Shown here: positions 60,501 through 63,813 of the stretch, piece after piece
How the letters are laid out: each line of letters begins with the position of its first letter
Numbering within the stretch: the first letter of the stretch is position 1
NCBI GenBank assembly: GCA_009602725.1
Contig: WELB01000014.1
Location: 47,467-111,279 of the forward strand
From: Spirogloea muscicola
Lineage: Eukaryota
Reading direction: 5' to 3'
DNA length: 63,813 nucleotides
Translations under genes and position numbers: made by a program
The notes under the pieces: model-generated
Told to the model about the DNA's origin: nothing
The model's input: only the letters and a program-made list of their open reading frames with translations
Databases searched by the model: none

Positions 60501-63193
60501 TTGACTGGTGGTGGGTACAAAGCAGTCGGAGGTCGGGAGCAAGTGAAGCTCGAGTGGGCGAGCTTCTTCTTCTGAAGCTCTGAGAGAGGCGAGCCCTGTG
60601 CTGCCTGCTGCTGCACACCGCTGCTGGGCGGCTCGTTGCCGGCTCGCCGTGGAGACCGTGGCGGCGTCCCGCTTGAGGCAAGTCTAGCAGCGAATTGTTC
60701 ATCCTTTCTTCTAGGCCTTGCCTCTCACAGCCATCGCCCTACACTGGAAGCGTCTCTCTGCCCAGGCGGTGGAGTCACTGCCTAGCGACGGCGCCACAGG
60801 GCAAGTCTTCCGCTGTGCTGGAGTGCTTCCTCGTCCTGGGCTTTTTGCGATTGCAATTGTTCCCGTAAAAATCGCTTTGGGGATCGTTCCCCCTTTGCGC
60901 AGCACCAATCATTCATTTACGTATTGCGCTTACCTGTGAAGTCTTGTCTTGGTTCCAAGGACTTGATTACCTACGTGGAGAGGAAATGTAAGGCCAACGC
61001 TTTGAGAATCAGGGAAGTGCTGGCAGTAGATGCTGCATGGCCATGTGTGCAGCTGTGTGCTAATGCTTTGCCCTGCCTTAGCTAGCTACAAGGCCACCAG
61101 CGTTGTCCCGCGTATGTAGCTGCGGTGTGATACCCAGGCACGCTGGCTCGGGCAGATGAGTACTTTGATCTTATTAGCATTTTCAAGTCTGTGAGCGCAC
61201 AATGTGCTGTCAACGCTTACATGGTCTTCAATAAGTTGTGGGCAAGTTCCTCGGATTTTACCTGGTCTCAAGGCCGCTAGCCTCGTGCCGGACGGTACCT
61301 GCCGCCCTGGCACTAGTGCTGTTGTCGTTCCATTCGATGTCGCCCGGCTCGTGCGGGTGGCCTCGCATGCTCCTGGCATGCTCGGACCCAGACATGCTCG
61401 ACGGCATGCGCGGGCTTGGCCATGCTTGGCGGCATGCTCGGCCTCAGCCTTGCTCGGCGGCATGGCGCCTGCCAGACACAGGCCGTGGATTCCTCGTCAG
61501 GCGCCTCCTCGCGGGGGGGCCGTGGGCCGACCCCCATGCATCCCGCTGACTAGAGAATGCTGAAGCAGGTGTGGATAGTTGTCTTCAAGCCTTCAAGGTC
61601 CGTTGGACCTTGTCCGATACTTTAGGGCTGGCCTTCCACAGCCGTAGCCCCCTTCTTACGTAATCTGAAGGTAGGGTTTTCACAGCCCTTGCCCCCGTTG
61701 GGAGTGCCACTTCTTCTTTTCACAGGCCCTCGCTCCTTTTGAAACTTTCGTTTGTGCTTTCAATCGAAAGAGCTGCCTCAGTTTCTCATTCCTCACAAGG
61801 AAAGGACGAATGAGAAGACAAGAAGAGCAGCTCATGAAAGGGGGCGAGGGCTGTAAGTCATTGAAGAGGGGCAGAAAGAGCTGTAAAACTTTAAGAGCAC
61901 TCAGAAGTTCCTGCTCAGTGATCCTACGAAGCAGCTGCAAGTCTGAAAGATCAGTCTTGCGAAAGGAGTCGCTCCGCCTATAGGTTAAGGCGGCAGCCAG
62001 GGCACGACCAGCACAGATGCAAGGCATGTGCCAGGCAATGCTGCAGGAGATGAGATACCATACCCAATTCACCCGGGCCGGAGAGCTTGCTTTGTCAAAG
62101 AGTTGGTTGCTCCCTGTGCCGAGACAGAGAAGACGAACTCCTTGAAGGGGCGACGTCTGTGAACGGCCAGCCCCCAAAGGCTTGGACAAATCCGGAAAGG
62201 CTTGCAGGGAGGTGATCGTTTTTAAGGACTGTCCGTTTCTTTTCAAGGACGGTACATCTTGCGGAGAGGAAAATGTTGTCATGTTTCCTCTAGTCATATA
62301 CTACGACAAATGTCGCTCGTCCTGTGACATGCGCCCGTTAAGCAGCCGCCCTGTCACAAGCCGTTGATGACAGTCAACCTATGTGTCGAAGTTACAGAGG
62401 AAGCACATTCGCGTATGTGGGCCATTGCAGCAAGGCCGACCCTAAACCCGTCATTCCCTAAGGCCGTCAATCCCTTGTACTCCTCTTTGTATTGTGCTTC
62501 ATCGATCTCCTTCAATGATGTGAGGATGCAGATGTCACTAATGCTTGCAGCAATATTTTACTGGTCCAGAGATTACTGACACTTGTCACGTGGTGTATAA
62601 GCAGGTAGCAAGAAAGTCTATATTGGCCAAAGAAACAATATGCATGGGCACGTGCTGGTTACAAAGGCGTGTTCCATGACCAGCAAAACAAATCCTTGAC
62701 ATTATGAGTCGTTGTTGCCACGACCCACAATGTCACGATGGACATGATAGAGGTCCACAGATCTATTAGGCGAAGCATGAGAGTAATTGGTGAGCAGCCA
62801 AGGCGAGTCGAAAAACTCTAAGCAACAGGTGGTGTAAGTCGTAGTAAGCGGAATTGTACATCCTAAGAACTTGGGACGAAAGTCTAGGCCGATCTCGCAA
62901 ATGGCTGGGCAGGTGGAGAGTATGTCAACAAGAGAAGCAGTGATATCACGTTCGGGCCAGCTCTGAATATGCAATGCCTGCAACTGTGAACAAGCACTGA
63001 CCAAGTGGCGGGCGTGCACGTGCGGACAGGAGAGACTCCTGAGAGAGTCAAGCTTGACGCTGCTCCACGCTTTCAAAAGGTGAGGAGCATCTCTGGAAGC
63101 CGAAGGCGGATCTGGAGCCGAAGGGGGATCACCTGTATTTGTCTTTGAATGTGCATTTGAACCTGCATCTGCATTTGTACCTGTGTCTGGACC
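57553..63193. repeat. Direct segmental duplication: 57553-59737 and 60939-63193
   Basis: Both copies start aagtcttgtcttggttccaaggacttga and are collinear and highly similar. Each holds a degenerate + strand CRE remnant (F), a - strand CRE tail (E) and the 3' part of the LRR-like ORF. Copy 2 carries two short extra segments. Confidence 0.92.
60072..60261 (+). mobile_element. 5'-truncated CRE subfamily B insertion with a 20-bp target-site duplication
   Basis: Encodes LPSGMQASISDLHVLTCGY* plus the B UTR. Flanked by identical catgggggtcgcccaaaggc at 60052-60071 and 60262-60281. Confidence 0.88.
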
Positions 63194-63778
63194 AGGTCTA
63201 GCAAATTCAAGCTGAAGCCCTACCAGGCAGCTAAGATTGCTGAGCATCTTTGCCAACATCTCGCTATCCATGAGGGAGGGACACTTAAGATCAAAGCAAG
63301 AGATGCTCAAGGACGTCAGACTTGGGCACCAATGTCCGAAGGACAGGAATTGAAGCTCCCCCACGTGCTCTGCACTCGGGAGGATCGAGCATTTTACGGA
63401 GCGCAAGAGTGGCAGCTTGTAGTGGTCAGGAACATCGCCCGCAACGAAGCTGACTTCATCTAGCTGGAGTGCCTGCAGACTTGGGGTGCACAGCAAGAGG
63501 AACCCCAGCAGGTGTGGCCACTTGATGGTCCAGCGCCTCAAGGTGAGCGTAGTGAGAAGTCTGATCTGGCCGCTGGGATTGGGTGACAAGTCCAAGACTT
63601 GGCCTCCTGGGTTGTTACCATGCTTTGGACATTCCAGGGAGAGATCGCGCAAACGCAAGAGGTGACTGTGGCAAGAGGTGATGAAGGCGCCTAACACATC
63701 TGCCTCTCCGATGTCCAGGGACAAAGATACTACCTCCAGGTGTGCCAGACCAGGCTGCTCTCGCAGCTCGCCACACAA
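62702..63778 (-). CDS. Leucine-rich-repeat-like (F-box/RNI-type LRR) ORF, possibly a pseudogene; truncated paralog at 59246-59737
   Basis: Repeated LxxLxL motifs (LRLRDLSLEC, LTTLTLRRW, TPSLQALQLD, CPSLTSLSIS, LDSLRSLSC, CSQLQALHI). No ATG start, and an in-frame TGA lies just upstream at 63799-63797. Confidence 0.6.
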   Translation of the reverse strand: MCGELREQPGLAHLEVVSLSLDIGEADVLGAFITSCHSHLLRLRDLSLECPKHGNNPGGQVLDLSPNPSGQIRLLTTLTLRRWTIKWPHLLGFLLLCTPSLQALQLDEVSFVAGDVPDHYKLPLLRSVKCSILPSAEHVGELQFLSFGHWCPSLTSLSISCFDLKCPSLMDSEMLAKMLSNLSCLVGLQLEFARPGPDTGTNADAGSNAHSKTNTGDPPSAPDPPSASRDAPHLLKAWSSVKLDSLRSLSCPHVHARHLVSACSQLQALHIQSWPERDITASLVDILSTCPAICEIGLDFRPKFLGCTIPLTTTYTTCCLEFFDSPWLLTNYSHASPNRSVDLYHVHRDIVGRGNNDS

Positions 63779-63813
63779 GTGGTTGACCAGAATTGGTCAC
63801 TGAGCATCCTGGT

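Noticed and set aside
1..63813. tRNA or rRNA genes
   Set aside because: None recognised by eye. A tRNAscan or Rfam run was not possible.

Overview
Eukaryotic, intron-rich, GC-rich nuclear DNA from a green plant lineage. A streptophyte alga is most likely; this is inferred from plant-type EAF1, ETO1, plastid-targeted ClpC and HDR, and GCC-rich first exons. Seven spliced host genes can be read: UBR7-like (-), EAF1-like (-), HDR/ispH (-), an Smr/DUF1771 protein (+), ClpC (+), an RRM-LOTUS(OST-HTH)-RING protein (+), and the 3' two-thirds of ETO1-like (-). A duplicated LRR-like ORF lies at the right end. The intergenic space is packed with nested fragments of CRE-clade (RLE-type) non-LTR retrotransposons from about 6 subfamilies, labelled A-F here. 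All end their ORF in L(T/S)RGY* or a degenerate form of it, and most share a 3'-terminal GGGCTGGC..CCAGCCC stem-loop that also occurs alone as 40-66 bp insertions. The most notable items are: (1) a ~690 bp fold-back hairpin built from an HDR exon plus its flanking introns, ~4 kb upstream of HDR, fused to a decayed copy of the Smr gene 3' end; (2) the shared-tail CRE/micro-insertion system; (3) a perfect 46-bp hairpin whose 21-nt loop recurs in a second hairpin. All calls were made by eye without database searches, and TE boundaries are approximate.
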